Made by a program: the position numbers and the translations under genes. Shown piece after piece: positions 27,879-37,686 of a DNA stretch of 64,000 nt (positions within the stretch are counted from its first letter, which is position 1; every line of letters begins with the position of its first letter). The DNA is taken from positions 29,539 to 93,538 of the forward strand of contig CAJTPO010000004.1 in assembly GCA_910578115.1 (NCBI GenBank). The letters run 5' to 3'. The stretch is from an uncultured Lachnospiraceae bacterium (GTDB taxonomy: Bacteria > Bacillota > Clostridia > Lachnospirales > Lachnospiraceae). A model generated the notes under the pieces. That model was not told the DNA's origin, did not search any database, and saw nothing but the letters and a program-made list of their open reading frames with translations.

Positions 27879-29456
27879 ATGAGTGGGAATTTGGATGGAA
27901 TGCGTTTTTTTGAGTACATTCGTTCAAGAAGAATAGAAATGATATTGCTAAGTATTTGGATAACCATATTAAATACATATAGGGTCTTTTTTCATGTAAT
28001 CGGTGTGGATACGGAGCAGGCTCTTTTGGATTTAGATTCTAATTTAAATTGGACTTTGGGTTGTGGGCGGTTTGTATCCGCTTTTTTTAGAAAAATTTTA
28101 ATGCCTGATGGTTTTGGCTATGATATTGCGATGCTTTTAATAATCATTGGATGGGTAGCTGTATGTATGGCATATATATATATATTTGAAAGAATGGGTA
28201 TTTCTAATAGATTGTGCAGATTATTTTTTTCTATGTTGTTTGTAGCTTGTCCGCTTTGGGCTGAACAAAACTATTTTGTGTGCTCTGTTTTTATAAATGT
28301 TTATGGAATGCTATTTACAGTAATTGCGGCGTGCTTATTGGTTAGTGCCATACAGTGTAAGGCCAGATTGGCCAGAATTGGAATTTCGATGTTTTTAGGA
28401 GTGCTGGCGATAGGAATATATCAAGCACTTTTATATTTGTGGGTGGCGAATTTTGTACTTTTTTTATCTTTAAGTATGTATAAAAAAAATTGCAGCATAA
28501 GTAATTATATTGTGTCAGGAATAAAGGGGATAGCTATTATTGCCGCCGCGGTAGTAATATATTTTTGCTGTTCAAATGTAATCGTTTCTCTTTTATATGA
28601 TGCTTCTTTTGATTATGCAGGATATACAAATGCTGGCCTATATGTTGCAGGTCGTATGAGATGGCTGGATGGAGATATAAGGGGATGTATTGAGGCAATA
28701 AAATATTATATTAGCAATAGTTATAATGCAGAGTATACATATGGAATACCTTTTTATCCGATACTTTTTGCTTTGGTTCAGATATTTTTTGGAATCCGGA
28801 TTATAATGAAAAGGAACGGACGGGATGTGATTATGTTTGTTGGAAATGCATTGCTTCTTATATGCGTATTTATGGGATGCTTGTTGTTAGGCGGAACGAT
28901 AACTGTAAGGGAACAGGTTGTTTTGCCGCTGCTGGTTGCTTCAGATGGAATGTTCCTGGTTGGTGGGATTACTGATTTTGTTTTCAGAAGAGAGAATAAT
29001 AAAAGAATTAATCAGATTTTCTTTGTGGCTGTATGTTCTTATATTGTTATGTGCTGGGGAAGCAGGCAGCTGCGGATAAATAGTTCAGATTATGTAAGAT
29101 ATAGAGCTGATGTACTATGTGCGGAACGGGTAATGAGTGAAATAGGGCTTCAGTTTGGAAATTATTCTGATAGAAAAGTGGTGTTTGTAGGACAGAATGG
29201 ATGGGAGTTACCAGAATCTTATTACAAAGGAGAAGTAATTGGATATAGTATGTTTTCTTGGGATACTGGCGGCCCTGTTGGTGTTAATTACAGAGTTTAC
29301 GGATTTTTGCAGGTTTGTGGATATAAGTATGTGAAGCCAGCGATAGAAGAAGTGAAAGAAGTTCAGGACATATGTGCAGCAGGGACTCTGTTCAGTGACA
29401 ATAATCATGTGGCTTTGTGGAATGAATTCATAGTAGTCAACTTAAATAATTTTTAG
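27879..29456 (+). CDS. Polytopic membrane protein, second candidate GT-C-type glycosyltransferase
   Basis: About 11 TM segments plus a soluble C-terminal domain. Acidic motif GVDTEQ sits in the first loop. ATG 27879 with RBS GGAAGGAAA is preferred over TTG 27828. Confidence 0.5.
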   Translation: MSGNLDGMRFFEYIRSRRIEMILLSIWITILNTYRVFFHVIGVDTEQALLDLDSNLNWTLGCGRFVSAFFRKILMPDGFGYDIAMLLIIIGWVAVCMAYIYIFERMGISNRLCRLFFSMLFVACPLWAEQNYFVCSVFINVYGMLFTVIAACLLVSAIQCKARLARIGISMFLGVLAIGIYQALLYLWVANFVLFLSLSMYKKNCSISNYIVSGIKGIAIIAAAVVIYFCCSNVIVSLLYDASFDYAGYTNAGLYVAGRMRWLDGDIRGCIEAIKYYISNSYNAEYTYGIPFYPILFALVQIFFGIRIIMKRNGRDVIMFVGNALLLICVFMGCLLLGGTITVREQVVLPLLVASDGMFLVGGITDFVFRRENNKRINQIFFVAVCSYIVMCWGSRQLRINSSDYVRYRADVLCAERVMSEIGLQFGNYSDRKVVFVGQNGWELPESYYKGEVIGYSMFSWDTGGPVGVNYRVYGFLQVCGYKYVKPAIEEVKEVQDICAAGTLFSDNNHVALWNEFIVVNLNNF

Positions 29457-29586
29457 ATTATAGTATGTGATGTTTTTGGATTCGTAGTAATATATGTTGC
29501 TTTGTCCGGCATACCGAAAAACAACCGGATAATAGGATGAAAACAACTATTAAGTTATGAACCAATGATGGAGTGAAGGGCGGGCA

Positions 29587-30711
29587 ATGCAAGTCGATAT
29601 CATAACATTTCATTTTGTGAATAATTTCGGAGGTGCGTTACAGGCATATGCTCTGCAGAAAACAATTTCGGAATGTTTTAATGCAGAATGTGAGATAATT
29701 GATTATAAGAATCGCTTTATATCTCTTACGGATTACGTGAGACTATTTCCGATTACCTCAAATTTGAAAGAAATTAAAGCAGGACTAAGGACGATGGGAT
29801 TACGTTTTGAGAGAATTCACATGTTCCATGATTTTATTTTAAGCAATTGCAGGCTTACCAAATTATATAGAAATTACAGAGCGTTAAAAACTGATCCGCC
29901 CGTGGCGGATAAATACATATGTGGAAGCGACCAAATATGGAATCCAATGCTCACAATGGGAGTATCAAGAGGATATTTTTTAAGATTTGTTGCAGATACA
30001 AATAGTAGAATTGCATATGCCCCCAGTTTCGGAACAGACAAAATTCCTGATATTTTTAAAAAGGTAATAAGAAAGTATCTGGATGGAATGGGTCATCTGT
30101 CGGTTAGAGAAAGGGGGGGGGTGAAATTGATTAAACATTTAACGGGCAAATCGGCAGAGCAATTGATAGATCCTACGTTTTTAGTGAGTAAATGCGACTG
30201 GGAGAAGCTGGGGAATAATCCCAGAGACGATGAAGAGTATATTTTGTTATACATTATGCAGAGAGATATGCAAGTATATAAGTATGCGCGTAAAATTAAG
30301 GAACAGATGGGTATAAGACTGATAGAAATAAGCAGATATGGGTATAATCCGGGATTTGTAGATGAATGTTTAATCAACATTGGACCGGCAGAATTTTTAG
30401 GATTATTTCGAGATGCAAAATATGTATGTACAAACTCTTATCACGGACTGGTATATTCTATTATTTTTGAAAAAGATTTTTGTCTTATACCTTGCAAGAG
30501 ATTTAGAGCCAGAATTAATAATTTACTCAAATTATTACATATAGAGACAGTGGATGACTGTGTATACAAGGGCAGACTCACAGCTTCATATGATAAAGAA
30601 TTTGTTAGAAATACGATAGCTGCCGAGAGGCGTAAGGCACTCAATTATTTGGGAGTCAGTTTTAAAGACGAAAAGACAGAAAAGGACGAAAACCATGATA
30701 GAGATTGCTGA
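29587..30711 (+). CDS. Polysaccharide pyruvyl transferase family protein (copy 1)
   Basis: ITFHFVNNFGGALQAYALQ...ICGSDQIWNP...IAYAPSFG...TNSYHG are PS_pyruv_trans hallmarks. Confidence 0.8.
   Translation: MQVDIITFHFVNNFGGALQAYALQKTISECFNAECEIIDYKNRFISLTDYVRLFPITSNLKEIKAGLRTMGLRFERIHMFHDFILSNCRLTKLYRNYRALKTDPPVADKYICGSDQIWNPMLTMGVSRGYFLRFVADTNSRIAYAPSFGTDKIPDIFKKVIRKYLDGMGHLSVRERGGVKLIKHLTGKSAEQLIDPTFLVSKCDWEKLGNNPRDDEEYILLYIMQRDMQVYKYARKIKEQMGIRLIEISRYGYNPGFVDECLINIGPAEFLGLFRDAKYVCTNSYHGLVYSIIFEKDFCLIPCKRFRARINNLLKLLHIETVDDCVYKGRLTASYDKEFVRNTIAAERRKALNYLGVSFKDEKTEKDENHDRDC
30113..30121 (+). repeat. Homopolymeric G9 tract inside pyruvyl transferase copy 1
   Basis: gagaaaGGGGGGGGGtgaaa encodes RERGGVK at about codon 176 of 374. 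It is currently in frame. Confidence 0.95.
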
Positions 30712-31876
30712 TAAAAATGAATGTTGCGGATGTGGAGCGTGTGAACAGATATGTCCCGCACAATGTATTAGTTTAAAAGAGGATAGCGAAGGTTTCCTGT
30801 ATCCCGAGACAAACCGGATGGCATGTGTATCTTGTAGTTTGTGCGAACAGGTATGTCCCATAAAAATTAAGAAAAGTAGAGTGGGGAGGAGGGCCGTAAA
30901 GCCTTATGCATATGCTGGATGGCATAAAAAGGACGATATCAGAGCGGACAGTTCTTCGGGAGGTGCCTTTACGGCAATCGCAGAGTATGTAATAAAGTGT
31001 GGCGGAGTGGTGTATGGCTGCGCATTGAACGAGGATATGGAAGCCGTACATGTTGGGGTAGAAGCGATAGATGAACTTGTGGCTCTCAGAGGGTCGAAAT
31101 ATGTTCAAAGTAAAACAGGGTCTGTATATCAGAATATAAAAATATGCCTGGAAAAGGGCAGGGAAGTGCTATTTGTTGGAGCACCCTGTCAGGCAGCGGG
31201 ATTGCATGAATTTTTGGGCAGGAACTACGAAAATCTCTATGTGATAGATTTTATATGCCACGGGGTGCCGTCGCCTAAGTTGTTTCATAGTTATATCACG
31301 GATTTTGAGCAGAAGTATCATAAGAAAATAAATGCATATAGATTCAGAAATAAGGATTACGGATGGAAACAGTCTGGAATGCAGATGGGATCAAAGATAG
31401 AATTTGTGGATGGAACAGACATCAGAAAATATCCCGCATTTATGGATCATTATATGAATGCATTTCTGGATGATGTATGCCTTAGACCCTCCTGTTATGC
31501 GTGTCAGTTTAAGGAGGCAGAAAAGGAGTATGCTGATTTTACGATAGCGGATTTCTGGGGAGTTAATAGAATTTCAAAAGAATTGAATGATAGAAAAGGA
31601 ACTTCCTTGCTGTTGGTTCACAATGGTCATGCGAAGGAACTATTGGAGAAAATCAGTGATAGATTTGAGTATGTGCAAGTGGACTATGAGCAGGCGGTTC
31701 GGCGCAATAAGAGCTTGCTGCAGTCGGCAAGATGGAATCCCAATAGAATAAAATTCTATGAAGAACTGGAGGCAAAGGGATATCGATATGTAGAACGAAA
31801 ATACATGCTTGCATCTACATGGGGATTCCATAAAATTATTAATATATTAAAGAATATGTATAAAACTGGAACTTGA
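30695..31876 (+). CDS. FrhB/FdhB-like (coenzyme F420 hydrogenase beta-subunit family) flavoprotein with an N-terminal 2x[4Fe-4S] ferredoxin domain (copy 1)
   Basis: CCGCGACEQICP...CVSCSLCEQVCP, then SSSGGAFTA...GAPCQ...ICHGVPS...CYAC.F....ADFTIADFWG. Confidence 0.8.
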   Translation: MIEIADKNECCGCGACEQICPAQCISLKEDSEGFLYPETNRMACVSCSLCEQVCPIKIKKSRVGRRAVKPYAYAGWHKKDDIRADSSSGGAFTAIAEYVIKCGGVVYGCALNEDMEAVHVGVEAIDELVALRGSKYVQSKTGSVYQNIKICLEKGREVLFVGAPCQAAGLHEFLGRNYENLYVIDFICHGVPSPKLFHSYITDFEQKYHKKINAYRFRNKDYGWKQSGMQMGSKIEFVDGTDIRKYPAFMDHYMNAFLDDVCLRPSCYACQFKEAEKEYADFTIADFWGVNRISKELNDRKGTSLLLVHNGHAKELLEKISDRFEYVQVDYEQAVRRNKSLLQSARWNPNRIKFYEELEAKGYRYVERKYMLASTWGFHKIINILKNMYKTGT

Positions 31877-31902
31877 TGTGATTCCTGAAACACGGAGGAT
31901 AT

Positions 31903-32331
31903 ATGTCAAAATTCGACTATTTACGGGCGAAATTCGGGCAGTTTATTAAGTTTGCTGTTGTTGGATGCTCAAATACCATAGTTAATTTAGCGGTTTACTA
32001 TTTTTGTATTTTTCTTGGTGCTCATTATTTGCTGGCATATACATCAGGGTTTCTGATCAGTGTCTGCAATGCTTTTTTCTGGAATAGTAAATATGTATTT
32101 GTTAATAAACAGGAGACAAGTACTTATAAAGCATTTATTAAGGTTTTTGCATCGTATGGATTTAGTTTTTTGTTATCAGTTGCTTTAATGAGTTTATTAG
32201 TTGAAATTTGCGATGTATCTTCCTTTATTGCACCTGTCTTGAAGATGATGATTACAATACCTCTTAATTTTATCCTAAATAAGATTTGGGCTTTTAAAGA
32301 CAGGAAGGTTAAGTGCGCAAAGGAAACATGA
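31903..32331 (+). CDS. GtrA-family small membrane protein (second copy)
   Basis: FIKFAVVGCSNT...NSKYVF...NFILNKIWAF. 142 aa, 4 TM segments. Confidence 0.8.
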   Translation: MSKFDYLRAKFGQFIKFAVVGCSNTIVNLAVYYFCIFLGAHYLLAYTSGFLISVCNAFFWNSKYVFVNKQETSTYKAFIKVFASYGFSFLLSVALMSLLVEICDVSSFIAPVLKMMITIPLNFILNKIWAFKDRKVKCAKET

Positions 32332-32716
32332 TCATATTATCAATTACTGTACCCTGTTATGGGAGAAGATGCGAATGTGAGATTGAAGTAAAGATTCTAT
32401 ATACAAACTGGTAATACAGTAGGGATGGATGAGAGATGGATAAGATATGTAATCTGAATAAGTTTCTAAAGATGCTGTGTAGAGTGGTCTTTGCTTGTTT
32501 TTTTACAATTATGTTCTTTGGGACTGATTTTCAAAATAAGTATAATGCCTACGTGCTTGTTTTTTGTATTTATATCGCTCATAGGATGAATGTAAAGGAT
32601 AAAAGAAAAACTTATAGGGTGCACACTTTAGGCTGCTTTAGCAGCAAACCGAACCTACCGGCTTTAGCCGGTAGTGGTTGAGTTCATTGTTTTTAACAGG
32701 AATTTTTTTCAAAACT

Positions 32717-33166
32717 ATGCGGAAGTATTTGATGATAGTGATTGCAGCAGTGATTTTGGTCTATGTAGTGTTATTCAGCAATATATTAGTGCCTGCCTTA
32801 AAGATTGCGCCGGGAGGGAAACAGGAAGCTCTAAGCCTGCCTTTTCAACAAACAGCTTTGTATGTGAAGGAGTATGGAAATGAACTTACTCAGGAAGAGC
32901 ATGGAATTATCAATGCTGTATTACCGGTAGATGAAATTGCAGGTCTTTATGTGGCGGATAGAGCAGATAATGTTAAATTTAAGTATAAACAATCGGCTAC
33001 AGGAGAAGAACTTACAGATTATTTTTTGCTGTGGCTGAGGCAGTTTTTCAAGCATCCGGATGTTTATTTAAAAGCGTTCTTTGCAATCACAGACGGCTAC
33101 TATTATGTTGGTAGCGAAAGAGCAGCCTTGGACTTATATACGGGAATAGAAGTTGCCGAGCTATAG
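32717..33166 (+). CDS. Hypothetical N-terminally anchored protein, possibly a gene fragment
   Basis: MRKYLMIVIAAVILVYVVLF (TM) followed by a soluble region. It sits in a zone of short broken ORFs. Confidence 0.3.
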   Translation: MRKYLMIVIAAVILVYVVLFSNILVPALKIAPGGKQEALSLPFQQTALYVKEYGNELTQEEHGIINAVLPVDEIAGLYVADRADNVKFKYKQSATGEELTDYFLLWLRQFFKHPDVYLKAFFAITDGYYYVGSERAALDLYTGIEVAEL

Positions 33167-33217
33167 CATTTGTTTTGAAATATAAAATGGATGTATAAGG
33201 AAAAGATGGTTAAATGC

Positions 33218-33300
33218 GTTTAGTGTAATTAACTCTAAAATTTAATGTGCAAATTGATTTGTTTTATAATCTTATTTTGAGAGTATTTGTTATTTTGGGG
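33218..33300 (+). promoter_or_regulatory. Conserved non-coding leader element, copy B
   Basis: GTTTAGTGTAATTAACTCTAAAAT...TTTGTTTTATAATC...TTGTTATTTTGGG aligns with 5458-5545. It lies in a 610-bp non-coding gap upstream of 33777. Confidence 0.4.
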
Positions 33301-33776
33301 GAAAAGATTAAAATTTATCGATACCATGACGTCTGGATTGTGACATTTTCTTATTGATTCCAACAAACATTAAATAGTAAGTTGACATCTCAGAATCAAG
33401 TCCTTCGATTGGCTGCCAACCAGCTACCTCAACACGCTCTCTATATTATAGAAAGGATATCTATCCATTTATAAGTGTTTTTGAGAGTTGATGTAGATGT
33501 GAAGTTAGTGAATATTGGGGTAATGGTATTCAAAATGCCTGTGGTTAATGCAAAAGATGAATGTAATTCAATAAGATGGTTTTTTATATCATAAGAGTGA
33601 GGTAGTAATGACTGGTATTTATAGTAAACGACATAACAATTTGCTGGTTCCGGTTTTTATTAAAGCTATTATATACCGTAGCTTTTGCAGATGTGAAATG
33701 AAAATTCCAATGTCATAACTATAAATTTTTAAGATTTTACATTTACAGGATTAAGTATTGAGAGGAATGGCAAATT

Positions 33777-35681
33777 ATGGAACATCTATATAGTGCCTTA
33801 ACATGGGTTATGAATGGCTGCTATAGTCTTTGTAATAATTATGGACTGGCAATCGTACTGTTTACATTTCTAAGTAAAATCGTATTATTACCAGTGTCTC
33901 TTTGGACTTACATGAATTCCATAACGATGATTAAGATTCAGCCGGATATTAATTTATTGAAAATAAAGTATTATGGGCAGAAAGATATCATAGCAGAGGA
34001 ACAGGCAAAATTGTTTAAGGAAAAGAAGTATCATCCTTTGGCGTCAACCATTCCGTTGATTATTCAGTTAGTATTGTTAATGGGCGTAGTAAGCGCTGTA
34101 CGGGCTGGAATAGATAACCCTGTGATTGATATGACTTTTGGACCAATTGATCTGGGATTGATACCGAGCCAGACGGGGGTAGAGTTGATCTGGTCTCCGA
34201 TTGTTGCCGGTGTAGCGGCATGGATATTATGTATTGCACAGAATGCAAGTAACATATTACAGTCTGAACAATCCAAGTATAATAAATATGGTACTATGAT
34301 TCTTTCAGTTGTTTTGTCGTTGTATTTAGGATGGTATGTTCCGATAGGGACTGCTTTTTACTGGGTCTGTAGTAACCTTATGGCAGTTTTGCAGTTATAT
34401 ATTCTTAATTGGATTATTAAGCCAAGAAAATATGTAGACTATGAGAAACTGAATAAGAGCCGTAAGACCTTGGTGGAATTACAGAATATAGGAAAAAAGA
34501 AAAAGGAAAGTTTTTTTTCTGAGAATAAGAAAAGAGAAAGAAGAGATTATAAGAGATTTTTTTCGATAGTTAATAAGCATTTGGTATTTTACTCTGAGAG
34601 TAACGGATTTTATAAGTATTTTAAGGGATTTATAGAATATTTATTAGAGCATACAAATATTACAATTCATTATATTACCAGTGATGCAAATGATGATATT
34701 TTTAAAAAGGAAAAAGAGAATCCACAGATTAAAGCATATTATATAGGCGAGAATAGATTAATCACGCTTATGATGAAAATGGATGCGGATATAGTTGTAA
34801 TGACGATGCCGGATCTTGATAATTTTCATATAAAGCGAAGCTATATAAGGGATGATATTGAGTATATTTATGTTCAGCATGATATGGGTGGAACTAACAT
34901 GGGAATGAGAAAGGGAAGCTTGAATCATTTTGATACGATTTTTTGTTCTGGGCCGCATCAAATATCAGAGATCAGGGAAACGGAAGAAGTATACGATCTG
35001 CCTGCAAAAGAGTTAGTTAAAGTAGGGTACCCGCTTATTGATGAAATTAAAGAAAAATATGATTCTGTAGAACATGGTGAAAATGCGATAAAGAAGATAT
35101 TAATTGCACCATCGTGGCAGGAAGATAATATTCTTGATACTTGTCTGGAGGAGCTTTTGGATGCACTTAAAGACAGAAACTACAATATTATTGTGCGGCC
35201 GCATCCGCAGGAAGTGCGTCTGAAAAGAGAATATATGGAATCTGTTAGACAAAAATATGAATCAGAACATGTAATAGTTCAAACGGACTTTACATCAAAT
35301 AATCCGGTGATGGAAGCTGACATGGTAATCACTGATTGGTCTGGAATAAGCTGGGAATATTCTTTTACAACGAAAAGGCCGGTGTTATTTATTGACACAC
35401 CGATGAAAGTGCTCAATCCTGAATACCAGAGAATAAAAACCGTTCCTTTAAGTGTTCAGTTAAGAGATAAAATTGGTAAAAGCATTAAATTAGATCAACT
35501 AGGAAAAGCAGCAGAATATGTTGAATTTTTGATGAATCATAAAGAAGAATATCAGGAGCAGATTACTAGACTGGCTGAAACGTATATTTTTAATCTTGGG
35601 AGTTCAGCAGAAGCTGGCGCAGATTATATTATCAAAAGTTTACAAGAGAAATTGAGCAGAAAAGGGGAAGGTGAAAAATGA
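33777..35681 (+). CDS. Fusion protein: YidC/Oxa1-like membrane domain + TagB/TagF-type CDP-glycerol glycerophosphotransferase-like domain (copy 2, intact)
   Basis: N-terminus GLAIVLFTFLSKIVLLPVSLW...QPDINLLK...EEQAKLFKEKKYHPL..IPLIIQLVLLMGVV. C-terminus ILIAPSWQEDNILD...IVRPHPQ...MVITDWSGISWEYSF..KRPVLFIDTP. Confidence 0.8.
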   Translation: MEHLYSALTWVMNGCYSLCNNYGLAIVLFTFLSKIVLLPVSLWTYMNSITMIKIQPDINLLKIKYYGQKDIIAEEQAKLFKEKKYHPLASTIPLIIQLVLLMGVVSAVRAGIDNPVIDMTFGPIDLGLIPSQTGVELIWSPIVAGVAAWILCIAQNASNILQSEQSKYNKYGTMILSVVLSLYLGWYVPIGTAFYWVCSNLMAVLQLYILNWIIKPRKYVDYEKLNKSRKTLVELQNIGKKKKESFFSENKKRERRDYKRFFSIVNKHLVFYSESNGFYKYFKGFIEYLLEHTNITIHYITSDANDDIFKKEKENPQIKAYYIGENRLITLMMKMDADIVVMTMPDLDNFHIKRSYIRDDIEYIYVQHDMGGTNMGMRKGSLNHFDTIFCSGPHQISEIRETEEVYDLPAKELVKVGYPLIDEIKEKYDSVEHGENAIKKILIAPSWQEDNILDTCLEELLDALKDRNYNIIVRPHPQEVRLKREYMESVRQKYESEHVIVQTDFTSNNPVMEADMVITDWSGISWEYSFTTKRPVLFIDTPMKVLNPEYQRIKTVPLSVQLRDKIGKSIKLDQLGKAAEYVEFLMNHKEEYQEQITRLAETYIFNLGSSAEAGADYIIKSLQEKLSRKGEGEK

Positions 35682-35941
35682 AAAAAATATCAAAAATGTT
35701 ATTTGTTGTCGGCTTTACATATGGTTGCAGTATGCTGTTGTTTGGACAGGATGTACAGGCATATATTGATCCTTCCGTTATGACTTATGTAATACAGGCA
35801 GTGGCAGGGGTTGTTATTGCAGTTGGCGCAGTGGTAGGTATTTATTTCAGAAGGGCAAAGAAAAAACTAAATGAAAAGCTTGGAATTGATGAAAATAGGA
35901 ACAAAGAAGTAGAGTCAGATGAAATTATTATTAACAAATAA
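35678..35941 (+). CDS. Procoat-like mini membrane protein (87 aa), paralogue of 46321..46578
   Basis: Signal-peptide-like N-terminus ending VQA, then YIDPSVMTYVIQAVAGVVIAVGAVVGIYF (TM) and RRAKKK. ATGA overlap with the upstream gene. Confidence 0.6.
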   Translation: MKKISKMLFVVGFTYGCSMLLFGQDVQAYIDPSVMTYVIQAVAGVVIAVGAVVGIYFRRAKKKLNEKLGIDENRNKEVESDEIIINK

Positions 35942-35971
35942 TGTAGCTTATAGCTGGAAAAGGAATCTAAA

Positions 35972-36697
35972 TTGAAAATATTGATTATGTCTGATATCCA
36001 TGGTAATGAAGAGGCTCTTAATGCTGTACTGAATAAAGCAGCAGACTATGAAATTGATGCTTGTTTTTTACTGGGAGATGTCATAGATTATGGAATGCAT
36101 TCTAATGAAGTAATTGTTAGGTTGAAATCTCTCCCGTACCCGATTATTTGTAACATTCGTGGAAATCATGAGGATGCTGTAATAGCAGATCATTACGATG
36201 CATTTTCATCGGAGCGGGGCAGGCAGAGTGCTAAATATACAAAAAGTATACTGAATGCGGACTCATGGAAGTATATACAAAATAAAATGGCTGCAACTGG
36301 TATGATTGAATTTGAGTGTGCCAATAAAAAGTGTCTGGCAATACATGGGAGTCTTAGAGATCAATATTGGAAAAGTATAGATACTGACAATGACTTTTAT
36401 GATTACTGCGCTTATGATTATGTATTTTCCGGACATTCTCATATGCCGCATTTTGTGGAAAAGTACTATCCGTATGAGGATACCAGAAGAAGAAATAAAA
36501 AGAAGATTATTTTCATCAATCCGGGTTCAGTGGGGCAGCCAAGAAATCATAATCCTATGGCACAATTTGCTGTATTGGATATGCATACAGAGGCTATTTT
36601 GTTTGACAAAGCAGAGTATGATATAGCAAAAGAACAATTGGCTTTTGCTGGGCAGATCGACAAATTTTATAGAGATAGATTGGAGGCAGGTGTGTAA
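35972..36697 (+). CDS. Metallophosphoesterase (YfcE/MJ0936-like)
   Basis: ILIMSDIHGN...LGDVIDYG...GNHE...GHSH. TTG start with RBS AAAAGGAA. Confidence 0.8.
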   Translation: MKILIMSDIHGNEEALNAVLNKAADYEIDACFLLGDVIDYGMHSNEVIVRLKSLPYPIICNIRGNHEDAVIADHYDAFSSERGRQSAKYTKSILNADSWKYIQNKMAATGMIEFECANKKCLAIHGSLRDQYWKSIDTDNDFYDYCAYDYVFSGHSHMPHFVEKYYPYEDTRRRNKKKIIFINPGSVGQPRNHNPMAQFAVLDMHTEAILFDKAEYDIAKEQLAFAGQIDKFYRDRLEAGV

Positions 36698-37686
36698 TGA
36701 ATTTATATGTTATCAGTGGAGTTGCTGGAATGACGGGAAATGAACTTGCCAGGAGGCTGACTGCATCAGGGGATAGAGTAATTGGATTTGATAATTTTTT
36801 TGCTTCTTCCGTAAGGACGATTGAGGATGTTCTATCTAACACAAATTTTGTGTTTTATGAATATGATTTAAATAACGAAGCGCAGATGGAAAGTTTGAAA
36901 CAGGAGATCTTTAAACATAAGAAAAGCTGTGAAAAGCTTATTTATATAAATTGTGCGGCAGTTGTACACACTGAACATTTCTATTATGTAAATCGTACTT
37001 TTGAAACGAATGTGATTGGTATGAAAAAATTTTTGGAACAGGCAATAGAAGTAGAAGCTAATGTTTATATTAATTGTTCTACATCAGAAGTGTATTCTAT
37101 GAATTCATGGAATAGTGACGGTGGAGTGTCCGAATCTGATTATATTACAATGGCTAATGCAGAACACAGTCAGAGGACAAGTTACGCTACTGGTAAATTA
37201 CTTACAGAGTTTTTTATGAAGGATGCGGTGGCAGAACATAAGATTAAGGGATGTTCTATTCGCTTTGCTAATGTTTACAGCAAGAATGAATTGTATCCGA
37301 AACATATTATTCCGCATATCATTAATGAATTAAGAAATAAAGGGTGTGTGGAGTTGTTGGAAAATTCCAAAGTAAATAAAAGGACTTTTTTGCATAACGA
37401 GGATAGTTGTGCCGCGGTGATAGCCTTAGCGGAAACAGACTCGGCGTTAGATGGGTCGGTATATAATGTGGCAACTGACGAGGAGATATCGATTATTGAT
37501 CTGGTAAAGCTTTGTGGTGAAAAATTAGGTATTACTGATCCGGAGATTATGTTTGAGGGATATCGGGAATCAGATCCGGAGAGAAGAGTGTTGAGTACTC
37601 AAAAGATCAGAACCAGAACAAACTGGATACCAAAGATAACCCTGAGTCAGGGAATAGAAATGTGTGTTAAGGAGTTAGAACATTGA
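36697..37686 (+). CDS. NAD-dependent epimerase/dehydratase (extended SDR)
   Basis: GVAGMTGNELARRL (GxxGxxG), SYATGK (YxxxK). Confidence 0.85.
   Translation: MNLYVISGVAGMTGNELARRLTASGDRVIGFDNFFASSVRTIEDVLSNTNFVFYEYDLNNEAQMESLKQEIFKHKKSCEKLIYINCAAVVHTEHFYYVNRTFETNVIGMKKFLEQAIEVEANVYINCSTSEVYSMNSWNSDGGVSESDYITMANAEHSQRTSYATGKLLTEFFMKDAVAEHKIKGCSIRFANVYSKNELYPKHIIPHIINELRNKGCVELLENSKVNKRTFLHNEDSCAAVIALAETDSALDGSVYNVATDEEISIIDLVKLCGEKLGITDPEIMFEGYRESDPERRVLSTQKIRTRTNWIPKITLSQGIEMCVKELEH

Noticed and set aside
25237-27900. The idea that precise excision of the IS would fuse the YidC-like fragment in frame to the downstream 542-aa membrane protein (the frame is open from 27798).
   Set aside because: The fusion depends on a right-end position that I cannot fix to the nucleotide. 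With the end at 27826 the frame closes after 7 codons, and with 27827 it stays open. That is a one-in-three coincidence, and the downstream gene has its own RBS and ATG at 27879.
33620-33632. The 13-mer TATAGTAAACGAC is shared between 33620 and the inverted repeat at 491-525.
   Set aside because: A single shared 13-mer in 64 kb of AT-rich DNA on both strands is expected by chance (tens of such matches by a rough estimate). The flanking sequence shows no similarity.
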